Shown one piece after another: positions 1 through 15,613 of a stretch of 64,000 nucleotides of DNA. Under the pieces are notes generated by a model. The model was not told where the DNA came from. It did no database searches and saw nothing but the letters and a program-made list of their open reading frames with translations. Position 1 is the first letter of the stretch, and each line of letters opens with the position of its first letter. Source of the DNA: Microbotryum violaceum (taxonomy: Eukaryota); the NCBI GenBank assembly GCA_001244265.2, contig CDLV01000005.1:372001-436000 (forward strand), in the 5' to 3' direction. Both the position numbers and the translations under genes were made by a program.

Positions 1-1671
1 AGCGGGGGCAAGAGGATGTCGGAATGCATCGAAGTTTTGGAGAAGGAGAAGATGGGTGCGAGGATCCCCGGACGGAGGCCGGGCCATGCAGTAAAACCTG
101 TGAACGAGTGGATCGATGAGCATTAGAGCTACTAAGAGCGAAGGTGTCATACCGCCGACTGACCATGCATGTAACGCCATTCCGGGTTTTCGCACAAGTT
201 CATGGCTCGAAGATGATTTGAAATGTAGCTCGGCCCCAGAGGAAGTGTCGTCGTTTCGAGGCCCTCACCCATCCTGCGCAAGCGAGAGTTGTTGGCACAA
301 GCGAGCTCAAAGCCCCGGAGTCTGCGGCAAGAGAATCCAAAGATTTATTAAATGAAGTTCGGAACCTTGTTATCGAAGACAGAGCATACCCAGCGTCATC
401 ATCGACGTGATCCAGCTCCCATTCGCCCAAATCTGCAAGAACCGAGAACAAAAACCTCTTTAGCTGACGAGAGGCGTAGGGAGAAACTGACGTTTGACGT
501 TGAGCTCACAGACACCTTTCTTCGCAGCTTCCAGATGCTTCATCTTGGTTGTATAGTCCATGATCATGCTCGGCCCATCGTGCGCACTCATCATGATGTT
601 AACCTCGTCGACATAACTCGCCCATCGCTTCATCAAGCCAGCTTGATCTTTTGCACGACCATTTTTGGCGTGCGCTCCCATGATGTCGAGTTCGCCGCCC
701 TTGATCTGCATCGTAAAGGTCCACGATTCGTTTTGCAGGAGCATCGCTCGTTGGTTCAGCACCCGTGGCGGTAAAGCGTAGAACGGAAGAATGTCGGTGG
801 TAATTTGGTCAAATTCGTCAATCAGCTTGACGTTGTTCTCTCGCGCGAATTGATACCTGTCAAATTATGCGAGTCGGGTGATTGATTTCCGACTGTATGG
901 GGCCAGTTCGCACTAGAAATAGCGACATACCATCGATCGAACCCTTTCGGTGGATTCCTCCCGTGCCTCCACTTGTACTCCTTTACTGCCCCATAGAGGC
1001 TGGTACTTTGACGTGCCAGCTTGGCCTCCCACTCCCGCGTTGCGTTCTGGATGAGATCATGGACCGGATGGCGCTGTCCTTTCAGTCTTTTGGGTATCTG
1101 TTCCGGTGACAGGCTCGAGCTGACAGATGAAGGATCGAGAGCAGAAGGATGGAGGAAGACGAGTCCCGAGGAATGCTCCCTGAAACGAGGTGGGGGCATC
1201 TTGAGAGCATGCATTCCAAGTCTTTGGTTAACCCACGGGTATCTTCTCGCAGCTTTATCAGGAAAAATATACACTCACCTTTCCCCAGCTCCCCATTCCC
1301 AGACTAATCATGTTGGGTCCGAATGTTCCCATCATCGACAAAAAGATGCCGCACAAAAACGCCGGCAGCAGGAGTGTTGGCGGTATTCGTGGTCCAAAGT
1401 CTGCTCCTAACCATTTCGTCCATTTTGACCGGGTGGTTTTGCTATGATGTCCGAGATGAGGTGTCCCGAACGCGCTCGTCGCTCGTTCCCCATCCGAGAG
1501 TAGCGGTATACTCAGAGCGCTTCCACCGTTTCGCTCGGGGGTTGTAGAATGCTGTGCGCGGCGGCCAGAACCGAATAGATTCGCCTGCGTCTTCCACTGG
1601 TTTAGGTCGCCTTCCGGCGCTGTAAAAAAGTTTTGGTCGTGGGTCGACCCATCGTCGAGGCCCTGCATCAT
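1..1671 (-). CDS. Glycosyltransferase family 90 (CAP10-like) protein, spliced; 3' part runs off the window start
   Basis: An N-terminal TM segment (LLLPAFLCGIFLSMMG) is followed by HPVHDLIQNATREWEAKLARQSTSLYGAVKEYKWRHGRNPPKGFDRW and VNIMMSAHDGP, which are typical of fungal GT90 proteins. The start codon is uncertain; ATG at 1671 was chosen. Confidence 0.75.
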
Positions 1672-3412
1672 TGACTCGGTCGAAGAGGCCCGCCGAAGCG
1701 CGGATGGCCCTGGTGCCCGCGAGGGGCTCGGAGACGGGGATACGTTGAACGGCTGCGTGTACGTCAAAGACTGCCCCAGAAAAGGCGAAACTTTGTCGAC
1801 GACCTTTCCTTCTCGATTAATGTGGAACGTCGGGGTTTCTGGGCCATGCGCTGTCGGCGCCCGGCGATGTTGCAGCGGATTTGCAGGGACGGAGATGAGA
1901 CCCGGTGGTTCCGTTGGAAGTGAGGAGGTTCGGTCATTCTCGGGGGTGTCTGGGGGCCATTTAATGGGGGTGATCTTGGAACAGAAGAAGCGGAATGGTC
2001 TTCGAATGTGCTGTCGACCGAGAAGGGGAGCACGGGCTGCATGCGACTCGACAGACTGGTCGTTATGGAGGAGTCTCTCTGGTGCGAGTTAGGCTCGGCG
2101 GATGACGGGGAGAGCATCGGAGACCGCTCCGAAGCGTGTCCACCCGCACACGTCCAGTTCGCAGCAAAGGCGGCATTCGAAGGCGAAGTGGAGTTAGACG
2201 GCGTCGAGCAATGCCGTGCTTGGCTCATCCTGGCAGTATCCCGGCCGTCCCTGCTGTAGCCGCTTGGCAAAGCGGGTCCGGCCTCCCGAGCTGTCCTCGA
2301 CGTTACCCGACTCACGAGGTTTTGGTCAGCTCACGTGACGGCGTCTCCGGTTGGGAGGCTGCCAAGGCAAGGTCCAGCGGTCCTAAGCCGAGAGAATTTT
2401 GACCTGTAGAAGGCAGCGGAGTCGAACGGCTGACTCTGTGGAGACTGGCGGCCTAAGGGGTTGGCGGTGTCAGCGATTGACAAGCGTAAGCAAGGAATAG
2501 CCTCACGCGAGTCTGGCTGTGCCCCACGCGGCGCGCTTGGGCCAGCTCCAGCCAGCTCTGGCCGTGTGGGGGCTGCATGGCTATGACTTTACATGAGTCC
2601 AACCCCCCTTTTCAAGAAACATTGATTTTGCGTAGATAAACGAATATGTGAAATATAATCAGGCTTGATACAAAAAACAACAGCTGGAGCCGAGTCGGAC
2701 CGCGCAATCCGAATTGAGGATCCGCAGAAGTACACGCCCGGTTACGGCGCGAAGCGCGCCCCCCAAACCTCGCTTTTTACTGCGGGCCGGGTTTCCCGGC
2801 GGTTTTGGGTCCAGTACCATAGTTGGGAGCTTCCAGTCGAAGCCTCGGAGCAGTTGCCAAGAGAGATGAAAGACGTCACAATGGCCTTATGGCTTCATAC
2901 TGAAGTTCTCAGTATACACTCGCCTTTACATGACTGACATCTTTCGGACTTTTCTCTCTCGCATCTTGTTAATTATCAACACCAGTGGGAACCCGTAAAC
3001 TTAGCGGGAGGATAATATTCAAATAGTCGGAGAATTGGATTGAGCAGAGGTAAAAGAACGCCATACGAAGTACGGCAAAGAAACAATTAAATAAAAACAG
3101 AAAAAAGACAAGCGCCTGAGGAAAAATAAAAAAAAGGGAGGAGCTAAGCTAGATATAATAAGGATGAACGAAAGTGAACCTCCGTATTCACGCGTCGTTA
3201 GAACAGGTGTCCTGAGATCGGATGTTTAGTGTGGGGCGGACCGGAATCTTAATCGTACAAGGTCAGTACTATTCATAAGACCTAAAATAGGGTGAGATTT
3301 AAGTAAACGCATAATAATAAAAAATACCTAACAAATAATGTATAGAGGAAGAATAATCAATGATGTAAGCATAATAAAGAAGGTACCTTTTAAAAGGAAG
3401 AATATAGTTTTC

Positions 3413-3640
<228 letters not shown>

Positions 3641-4305
3641 TCACTCGACAAAAAGTAAAAACCGCAAAAAGGAGTCGGGCTAAAACTAGATCCTCAGAGA
3701 CTTTGCCGAAACAGCCGCCCCTACCTGCGCATGCCCTCGCATGCCCGAGGGTGTTCTCGGTTGCAGCTGCCACCCGCGTACCTTCCAAGGCTTCCTAGCA
3801 ATCAACGTCGCTTCTTTCTAATCTTCTACCTCAGTCTTGCGCTTCGACCGATCGCCCGTGTTAACCACTCGCCAGGATAGTCCCCAGTAAGTGCCCTAGC
3901 ATGCTTGCTGCCCTGCCGCGCCGCATCCCAAATACGTCTTAGCTGTGGACATCAATAGCGAGCTCTGGAAACTTTGACGCGTCCAGGTTGTTATTATGGA
4001 GGTACCCAGCGGACCGACCCAGTTCATTTTACTTCATCTTTGGCTTGTTCAGCTTCATGCTTTGGGAAAGCGACGTTCTCGACATTCACCTTCCTCAAGC
4101 GGTGTTACAGGGCGTGACCGACTAATATCGACTGATCCAGGCACTGGGTCGCGTTGCTCCTTCGCTGTGCTGTGTGGCATGTGCATACATCTCGACTGAT
4201 TGTTCAACGGCGATCAGTTCGACCCTAATTGCGATGGCTCATGCTAACTATGTCAATTGTTGTCCGAATTCTATTCCGTATAGTTCATCCTCCATGAACG
4301 ACTAA

Positions 4306-4605
4306 ATGCAGTTTTTGTTTGGTCCTGTCGTCCCCAACGCCCCGGCTGGCACTCCTCCCCCTCACCCGTCCCTACCTAGGCAGCATCCTGACTCCAGCTC
4401 ATCCTCGACCTTCGGTGAAAGATCGACAGCCAGCACCACCAGCCAGAAACGCCGTCGCAAGGCAACGATCCTGGCACCGAGAATCCCTCGAGGCTTGTTT
4501 GAGCGCGCGCACAGCAAGAAGACTAAACGCTCCGTCTCCTCAGCTGATGTCCAAAGATACCGCACGTTCGACCAAACCTTGTACATGAACACTCGACTAC
4601 TGTGA
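4306..4605 (+). other. Short ORF or gene fragment ending in a Cdc48/VCP C-terminal-like motif
   Basis: RIPRGLFERAHSKKTKRSVSSADVQRYRTFDQTL resembles the Cdc48 helix pattern (I.R.HFEEA....RRSVSD.DIRRYEMFAQ.L). No AAA domain is present. Confidence 0.4.
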
Positions 4606-5098
4606 TAAGAACGACATCCGCCCGTGTGCACATTAAGCTCGAGCCACTTAGCCCTCTGCGCCTGCACCTCGGAAGAGGACCGACTGGAACGCTTTCCAAT
4701 ACAGCAAATATGCTGACAGACTAGCTGCTAGCTGCAGAAAAAGGTAGAAAAAGGTATCGAGTGTGCGTCCCGATTTCAAGCGTTCGTGAGAAGTCTTTCA
4801 GGCCGGGTGGCACTGCAGAGTAGCAAATTTGATGTCAGGGCACTTCATCAAGGCACTTCCGAAGTTTACGAATGCTTGGAATAGGGACGCACACTCGAGA
4901 CGCACACTCGATACCTACCTCTGCAGCTAGTCTGTCAGCATATTTGCTGTATTGGAAAGCGTTCCAGTCGGTCCTCTTCCGAGGTGCAGGCGCAGAGGGC
5001 TAAGTGGCTCGAGCTTAATGTGCACACGGGCGGATGTCGTTGTTATCACAGTAGTCGAGTTTTTCAATGTACAAAGTTTGGTTGAACGCGCGGTGTTT
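4555..5098. repeat. Long inverted repeat (foldback): arms ~4555-4788 and ~4865-5098, spacer ~75 bp
   Basis: 4610-4728 is the exact reverse complement of 4923-5041. The flanks continue with a few mismatches and small duplications. Confidence 0.95.
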
Positions 5099-5832
5099 CT
5101 CACGGTTTGTTAGGGTTCTACACGAGTTTGGACGGGATCCCACTTAATCTCAGCCTGCTCTGACGGCGTTTGTTCGCCCGGAGCCTGACGTGCCCTTCAA
5201 TCGATTCACTGCCTCCTTGTTCCTGCCATGTCTCCCACAAGTATGACCGGGTCGGCGCGCTCCTGGCTCACCGGCTCGATCGGAGCCCCTCTCCAAGACC
5301 GAGCCAAGCAGGGGGCATGACAAGTAACCGGTCGTTCGGACTCAGAATAGTACGGGCAGACGCGTTGAGATCCAAATGTCATTTCACAACCACCAAGAAC
5401 CCTGTTTTGTTCATTTTGCTCTTACAGATTAGGTTGAAGCGGAATCGGGTCAGAGCGACTTTGGTGACCTCGGCCAGCAGCTCAACCACGTCGGGACAGA
5501 CCAGCCAAGCGTGTGGAAAATGGAGATGAAGTTGGGAGGTGTGAGGATATTCTGTGTTTGCTTTCTTGTTTTACGTGCACGTTCAGGCCGCGGCTCCGAC
5601 GGGTGCCTGTTCCTTAGTCTTTGTGTTGAACAGAGCCAGACAGAGCCCGACAATTGACCGTACTGGAATGCGAATTATTGAGCCGGGCTTTTTTAGTCAG
5701 ATCGTTCCTTCTCCTGTTCGGACTCGTCCGCTTTGCTATCCTCTCCACCCGTTATCTCCCCCATCTCATCTCGTCAGAATGGTCAGTCACACCTCACACT
5801 CAGGCTGGTTCCTTCCCATACCCAAGCTGACA

Positions 5833-7833
5833 ATGTCCCCGCGTCCCGCGTCCCGTATCCCCCATCTCGCTCCTCGGCTTGTGCAGCCCGCCGTCGTTCC
5901 TCCGTCCGATACGTTCGCGTGGGACAAGCTCGCATTTGCGCTGTACCCGACCTCGGGCTACGTCAGCTACACCTACAAGGACGGCGCGTGGGGTAAAGCA
6001 GAGTGGGTCAGCGAACCCTACCTCAAGCTTCACGTCGGAAGTGGTCGGTCTTCTTTGCTTTGTGCTCGCCTGCTCGCTGCTCTCGGCCTCTGACCGGCAT
6101 CGCACCGCATCTCTGATTCCCCGAGCTCGGGCTTGCTCACCGCGTGCTCACTGTCGCATCTTCCCTTCCCACAGTCGCTCTCAACTATGGTGCTTCGACT
6201 TTTGAAGGACTCAAGGCGTTCCGTCACCCCGACGGACAGGTGAGTTTTCTACGTTCCCCACTGAGCGAGACGAGACCGATGTCCAACGCCGAGGACGACC
6301 AATAGTGGTTTCATTCCGGAGCCTTTCCTCGCCTTGGAAACATCGAGCTAATCACGATACATGCTTTACGATCCTTCCCAGGTCCGCCTCTTCCGACCCA
6401 AGGACAATGCCGCTCGGATCCAAGTTCGTCCGGAGCCAGCTCGTCGCGGTTCGGGATCCAGCGAGATCTTTTTCTTGACCCGAACGCTGACACATTCGCC
6501 TCGTCTACGCGAATAGCACTCTGCAGAGGTTGTCTCGATGCCGCCCGTGCCCGAGGAACTCTTCCTTGAGGCTGTCTCCCTCGCCGTCGGTCGCAACTTG
6601 GATCTCGTGCCCCCTCATGCCCCACATGGCGCTTCGGGGTCGATGGTACGTTCGCAACGCTCCCATGTGCTCTTCATGTTCAAGCTACGTCCATCTAATC
6701 TCAAGCTGTACGCTTTTTATAGTACGTTCGTCCCTTGGCCTTCGCCTCGGGTGAGAACTTGATCCTCGCGCCCCCCTCCGAATTTCAATTCATCGTCTAC
6801 GTCACCCCGACTGGAAGTCTGTACGGTACCGCTGGACTCAAGGCCCCCGCCATCGATGCCTTCGTGCTCGAGACCTTTGACCGAGCCGCTCCTCGAGGTG
6901 TTGGGCATGCCAAATTGGCTGGTAATTACGCGTGAGTCAGGCAGGACAGTTGGAGATGGCGAGTAGGCGCTAAGGCATCTGAGATCATGTCGAAACACAG
7001 ACCTACTTTCCGACATGCTGCAGCTGCGAAGCAAGCTGGTTATGCTATTACCCTTCATCTTGATTCGGCCACTCGAACTGTAAGTTCCTGCTCGGTCAGG
7101 TTCACAAAGGAGGATGGGATCAACGCTGAGTTTGTCGCGCTCCCTCTTGTCTCATCAACAGCAAATCGACGAGTTCTCCACCTCCAACTTCCTCGCCATC
7201 AAGAAACGCTCTTCATCGGACGACGACAAAGTCACCTTGGTCGTGCCTACCTCGGAATCGATCTTGAAATCCGTCACGACCAAGGCCATCATCGGAATCG
7301 CTGAATCGTTCGGATGGACCGTCGACCGACGTATCGTCAAGTTCTCCGAGGTCATTGAGGGTGCGTTTGAGGAAGTTGCTGCTTGTGGAACTGCGGCTGC
7401 TGTGAGTCGTGCACCATTGATGCGGCTGGCGAGGACGGAATGGATTGCTCACTTTCGGAGGCTTTCTCTTCACACAGCTTACGCCTATCCGGTCCATCAC
7501 TTACCACGATACACCCGAAACGACGCAAAAGATGTCAGTATATTAGGGCATTATTTTTATGGTCACATTGACCACCTAGAACCTGACTTGAAACACTTGC
7601 TTCGCGTTTTGTCTATTCAGCTCGATCGGCGATGGTGTCAACGCCGGACCTCGCTTCCTCTCCAGTCAGTTTCTGGCTACGATGCAATGTCTCTTGGATG
7701 ATTGAACGCAACCCTGACCCCTACCAACTGTTTCTCATTAGTCCTCTCTGAGCTGACAGGTATCCAGAGCGGTACGATTCCGGACAAGTTCGACTGGACC
7801 TGGCCCAAGGAAGGGATCTATGGATCAAAGTAG
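5833..7833 (+). CDS. Branched-chain amino acid aminotransferase (class IV PLP enzyme), multi-exon
   Basis: Spliced motifs [42 protein letters not shown] and EVAACGTAA; stop TAG at 7831-7833. Confidence 0.9.
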
Positions 7834-8408
7834 AATCGAAAGCTATCCAAGAGCGTACACGGTTGACAAATCACCGGGACATATTTTTCGTCTTTTCGAG
7901 TCCCCGAGCTATCAGGGTCCAAAACCCTTACACTTGAAAATACCTCCCTTACTCGAAAGCCGTTCGCAATGAGAAGTTGCCGGGTACCTCGATTTCCCCA
8001 CGATGCGCCCGTTAGACCCGAAACGATCTTGAATTTGTAATTGTCGACTTGTGCGAAGAATCTAGGCAAAGGCATGCGGCACAGAGAATTCAATCTTTGT
8101 GGTGGGAACGGCGTAAGAACCATTTGTGATCCCAGCTGGCCGTTTGTTGGAGTGCAGCAGATCGAGCGTGAGGAAGCCGTATTTGTAATTGGATGCCTGG
8201 ATGCCAAGTTTTCTCTTCGTTTGGTGAGTCAAAGCAGCCAAAAAAAAAAAGTTGGGCGCTCGGCTGCGCCTGGAAAGGCCCGAGACGCGCGCGAAATCCG
8301 TCGGCGGGAGATAACTGACGGGGAGGGGAAAGAACACTGAGACGGATCACTCCCACTCCTGTTCCGCTCCCCTTCCCACCCCGTTCCCCTCTACCCTACA
8401 CTTGAACC

Positions 8409-10573
<2,165 letters not shown>

Positions 10574-11310
10574 AGGGATTGAAAGATTATGACAGCGAGC
10601 GACGAAAAAGCAGAAGAACGAAAAATGCCAGACGACTAGAATGGATTTTTGCCTTTTCTTGGACGACGCTACTCATTGCGCTTTTCCAATTTTTCCGGTC
10701 GCGTGTCTTTCGTTCTCATCTATTCGAAACCAGGACCGGATCCCATGTGATTTTCCCCTCATCGTTCGCGACAGTTTGATACATGTAATAGCATTGAGAA
10801 TTTGTTCATTCTTTGCAGCTTGGAGGGAGTGAGTTTAAAGCCTAGCGGACCGAGGTGCACAGGTGAAAAATGGGGCTCAGTTGGGGCAGTACGGATTCTA
10901 AAGTCTAAAAAGTCTACAACAGAGGGTTAGTAGGGAAGGCTGCTCACCTCCCTGCTGTGAAAGCTTTGATAAGTCGCGTTCAGTAAGAACGCGTGTTTTG
11001 GGCAGCTGTAGCTCTTCTCCGAATGTTGCCAACGGCGAAAGGGCGCACGGACCCCCTGTTCAATTTGGCGATTAGCAGGGCCTAATCACCGGTAAGCTCG
11101 GTGGCCGATTAGCAATCTTTTTCGTAAGCTGCCTCCTTCCCTTCACGCGAAATTCAAACGGCGCGCCGCGGTTTTCGACGGGCGCGGCCTTGCCTTTCGA
11201 TACACCCACCTCAAATCGTGAGTCTCGGAGGCGGCGGCGTGCCCACGAGTGCAGAAAGTGCCTTGGATCTAGTACTGACCCATCTACGGCTCCCCTTCAG
11301 TCCCTTTACA

Positions 11311-12531
11311 ATGGCTATTGGTGGTACGTTCCAACGAAGCACTGAGCGCGAAGGGCGTAGTCGTCGTCTTTTCTGAGGCGGGCGGGGTGGGTTCAGGCGG
11401 GGGAAAGAGTGTGTGTGTGTGGGCGCGCCAATTCGTCGGTCGCAAAGGGGGAGCCGGGAGCGACAACGAGCGAACCGACACCGCCAGCCATGGCTTTTTG
11501 CCTCGCCTCGGTTCAGGGGGGTCTTGCACATCCTGGACGATGGAATCCATCTCGCTGTGATGGAGGAAAGGGCCCGATCGAATGGATTGGATAATTACTG
11601 CGGTCTCAGAGGGGGGCCGAACAGCACGTTTGGACGGGGTGGCAATTGGCGATGGGCCGGGCCTGGCTGCTCGCTCGCTGGCGGTGGGCTGCGAGGACGC
11701 AATTGGCCCTGGGCTTGGGCTCGGGGGCTCAGTCGTATGGGCAGGGCAGAGGGGGACTCTCGGGTCGGCACACGGCAGTGCACAATGGGGGAGACAACCA
11801 CCCGACGATGATCTGAACATCACCAACATCAACAGTGCGACCAAGAGCGCTGACCACGTGCTTGCTGTGTGTGTGTTGCAGACGTTTCCCGATCGCGCCG
11901 TACGCTCCGAAAGGCCCAGCTCGATGCGCCTTCGTCGGTGTGAGTACACCCTTTTCGCACCGACTTCACTTTCACTCGTTACATCAACTGAACCTCTACT
12001 GATCCATGCAGCCGACGGACGATCATGTCCGCCTCGTTGAGCAAGGAGTTGCGCGCAAAGTACAACGTCAGTCTCATCTTACAGCCTCACATACGGATGC
12101 CCAAGTACATTGAACTGATTCTCTACTCCTCATTCCCCACACCCTCCTTTTACAACAGACCCGCTCGATCCCCGTTCGCAAGGACGACGAGGTCATGATC
12201 GTCCGAGGCACCTACAAGGGGCGTGAGGGCAAAGTCGCGCAGGTGTACCGCAAGAAGTGGGTCATCCACGTCAACGGCGTCCACCGCGAGAAGGGTTCGG
12301 GCGCGACGGTCCCGATCGGCGTCAACCCTTCGAAATGCGTCATCACCAACCTCAAGCTCGACAAGGACCGCAAGAACTTGCTGAAGCGCAAGGACCGCAA
12401 GGCCGGCGAGACGAAAGAGGAGGACGTTGAGATGAAGGCTGTTAGTTCGATTTCTACCTACACCTTCTTGGGTCAAGTCACTAGCGCATGGAAACTGACC
12501 TTTACCGAGTTGTCCCCACCACTCGCAGTAA
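11311..12531 (+). CDS. RPL26: 60S ribosomal protein L26 (uL24), five coding exons plus a 5'UTR intron at 11218-11300
   Basis: Spliced [80 protein letters not shown]. Confidence 0.93.
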
Positions 12532-13165
12532 ACGAAACAATCGTGCGATCGGTCGTTTCGGTTTTGGGCTGTAGTGTGACAAAAATATTTGGCAATGAAG
12601 GTTCCAGACCATGCTTTTCAGTCAGATGAATAAACCCACTTAGTGTGACTAGGCAGAAACAAGAAGAGCGTGGAAAGAACGAGCATCCGTCGGCTGCTAC
12701 ACGCAATTATTCGTGAAGACCGAGTAGCGAGGAGCAGCGCCGATTAGGTACCGAAAGCCTGACATTGAACGATGTCATTGGTGAAACCCGACGGCCTCAA
12801 TTCTTCTTGAGGCTGGACCGTGCTTTCGGGCCCATACGTACTTCTGACGCGGAATGATAGAATCAATTAAGGTTGGTTTGACCCATTTCCAGTATACGAG
12901 ACAAAAAGGAGGGCTATAAAGAAAAGAGACACACAAAATTAATAGAAAACCAAATGGCAAAACAGGAACAGTAAAGGTGAACAGAACGGCGAGGGGAAGG
13001 AGGAGAATAGCACACAACTTCGGCTCGGAAGGGAGGTTCGAGCGGGCAAATCGAGAGAACGTTGTGGACACAGGGAGGAAGAAGGGGGGAAATCTTGTGA
13101 CGGAAAGAGGGATATTCCATTGTGAAGAGATGGTGTAAGGCTGTACCAGTATTCTGAGATGACCA

Positions 13166-15613
13166 TTACTCCTCGGCCTTGGGCGACGACTTGGACCCGC
13201 CCAACAACCTCTTCAAGAAACTCGGCTTGCGCGTCTTGGACGCCGTCGACGAAGGCGTACCGGGGGCATCACCGTGGCCCACTCCAGATTGTCCCTTGGA
13301 CGGGGTAGCGGGTGCGGACTTGAGCGGCGTCGAAGGGGCGGTCGAGTACCCATCGCTTTTGGAAGCGGGGCTCGCAGGGGAAAGCGAAGCAGGGGCAGGG
13401 GCGGGTGTCGGTGCAACCGCGACCTTGGGAGCAGCGGGGTCGGTGACGGCGGTCGTGGAGCCGAGGGTCTGGTTCAACAGCTTGTTATCGGGAGCAGCGG
13501 GGTCCGGAACAGCCTCGACCTTGGGCAAAGCCGCGGGCGAGGTCGTTGTCGAAGGCGTCGAAGCCTTCTTGTCGAGTCCGAGGGCGTGCATCGTCGAAGC
13601 ACCGAACGACGTCGCCGCGACCTTCTCGTAAGCATCACCGGCCATCTTCTCGCCTTCGGTGAATCGCTTGCTGCCTTCGGCCTTGGCCTGGGCGAGGTAT
13701 TCATCAGCCTTGACGGCGATGTCGTGCAATTCCTTCTCCTTGCCATGCTTGGCAGCAAAGCTCTCTGTGAGCCACCAAAGTGGGAGAATGATTATTTAGT
13801 CTGCCGGCCCTTGAAGACCCCGGACGCAGACACCAAAATGAACCCACTCAAGTACTTCTCGCCTTGTTGGAAAGTCGACGATTCGGCGGTGTGGACACCG
13901 GCTGTCTCGCCCGCCTTGGTCGCCAAAGCGGTCGTTTCAGCACCCGCAGCAGCGGCAACTCCCACACCAGCAACGGCCACAACGGGCTTGACGTCCGACT
14001 CGGTCTTGACGTGCTCGTTCTTCTCGACCGCGGTCGAAATGGTCGCAGCGCTCGGGACGGTCGGCAAGCTCGTGGTAGGGGGAGCGGTCGTAGGGGTGTG
14101 AGTGGGTTCAGCCGGGACCTCGGTCTTGGTCGCAAGGTTCTTGTTAGGGGTGGGGTCGATTCCGACGGGGTCCGAGCCGGTGACCTTGTGAATGGCGGCA
14201 CCGGCTAATCCAGCGGCACCGAGAGCGATTGCGGCAACACCAGCAGCTGCAAAGTTTGCGATCAAAGACACGGTCAGAAGAGATTCCCTTATGGGCATCA
14301 GCAGCCCGAACTCACTAGCAGCCGAAACCAAATCGGGCTTCTCCTCCATCTTCTTGGGCTCCTCGGTCGCAGCAGGGGCGGCGGCAGGGGTCGCGACGAC
14401 GGCAGCGGCAACGGGGGTGGGTTGAGCGACAGAGTCGACGGTCGAGGTCGTCTCGTTGATGGAAGCGGGGACGGGCAAGACGGGTTGTTGCTGGCTCAGT
14501 TCGGTTAGGGGGATCACAACGGCCTCGGTTTGTGCTGCCGCAGGGGTCTCGACGACAGCCGGTGCGGCGGGAGCTGATAAGGTTCGAGCGGTTGTTGAAG
14601 TGAGCATCACAGTCTGGATTTGGAAGATAGATACCGAGTGAAGCCACTGACCGGTGAAGACGTTGTTGACGTTGCCCGAAGCATCGGTCTCGTGGGGCTC
14701 GTTGGGGTTGAATTGCCAGTTGCCATCAACGACGTACTGCAATGTACGCGAGACAGGTGGACAAAATGAAGGGAAGAAAACGTATCCAAGTCTTGTGAGC
14801 CATGGACTCGCGCGGTCGAGGATCAAGAACGAAAGCATTCGCTCACCTTGAACGTGATCTTCTCGCCGTAAGGGATCTGGACAGTAGCGGATTGTTTGCC
14901 ATCGGCACCTTTTGTGAGGAAAAGGGTGCTAAACGGAACATTGATGGATGAGTACGTCAGTAAGCAAGCACGGGTAATGTGGAAGCGAAAGGCGTCCCGT
15001 CCCAAAGCGTCGGACACCGAAGAGGAGATGGCAGAAGTGCGATCTGCCGAGCATTGATGAACCGGCGCGCCTGGGTTTCGGTTCGATCACGTTCGATCTG
15101 CCAGAGGATGAGGAGGCTTACGATTTCCACTATTGCGGTAATACACAGAGCGCAGAACGTCAGTATTGCGTCACACAGAGAGTACCATCGCAAGGCAGTG
15201 GCTGTACTGACGTCGTCGAAGGATCCGGTCGCCTATTGGGTCAGCCGTAACCGCGCATTCCAGCCAGCAGGGAAGCAACCGCCATTCAATCAGCATTCCT
15301 GAAGTTTCCCACCACCGACTGCACCAACACCGCACCGACACCCACTCCCACTCACAATGACATGTCCAGCCTCTCCGGACCTGAAAGAAGTAGCAAGATG
15401 TTGTTGAAAGTGTCAGCATCGGGTGTTCAATTGGGTCTGTCCCTCCCGCCTGCCGTTGTTGGCGGGTTTCGTCACTGCGATTGGGTGGATTCCTGTCCCA
15501 AACGATAGACCCACAACCCGCTTTCCTTGGTCTATCATCCTCGATCTCATTCCCTGTGGCAGTTGGTTATGAACTGACCATGTGAATTCGTGGGTGAAAG
15601 TAGAGGAGCTCAT
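13166..15613 (-). CDS. CBM48/AMPK-beta glycogen-binding domain protein with a long Ala/Pro/Thr-rich tail (Crp1/Mdg1-like)
   Basis: MSSSTFTHEFTW, VQIPYGEKITFK and YVVDGNWQFNPNEPHETDASGNVNNVF, followed by a low-complexity C-terminus. Confidence 0.8.

Noticed and set aside
10868-10882. AAAATGGGGCTCAGT resembling the RNase MRP CR-V motif
   Set aside because: I found no matching CR-I (GARAGTCCCC-like) partner upstream to form P4.
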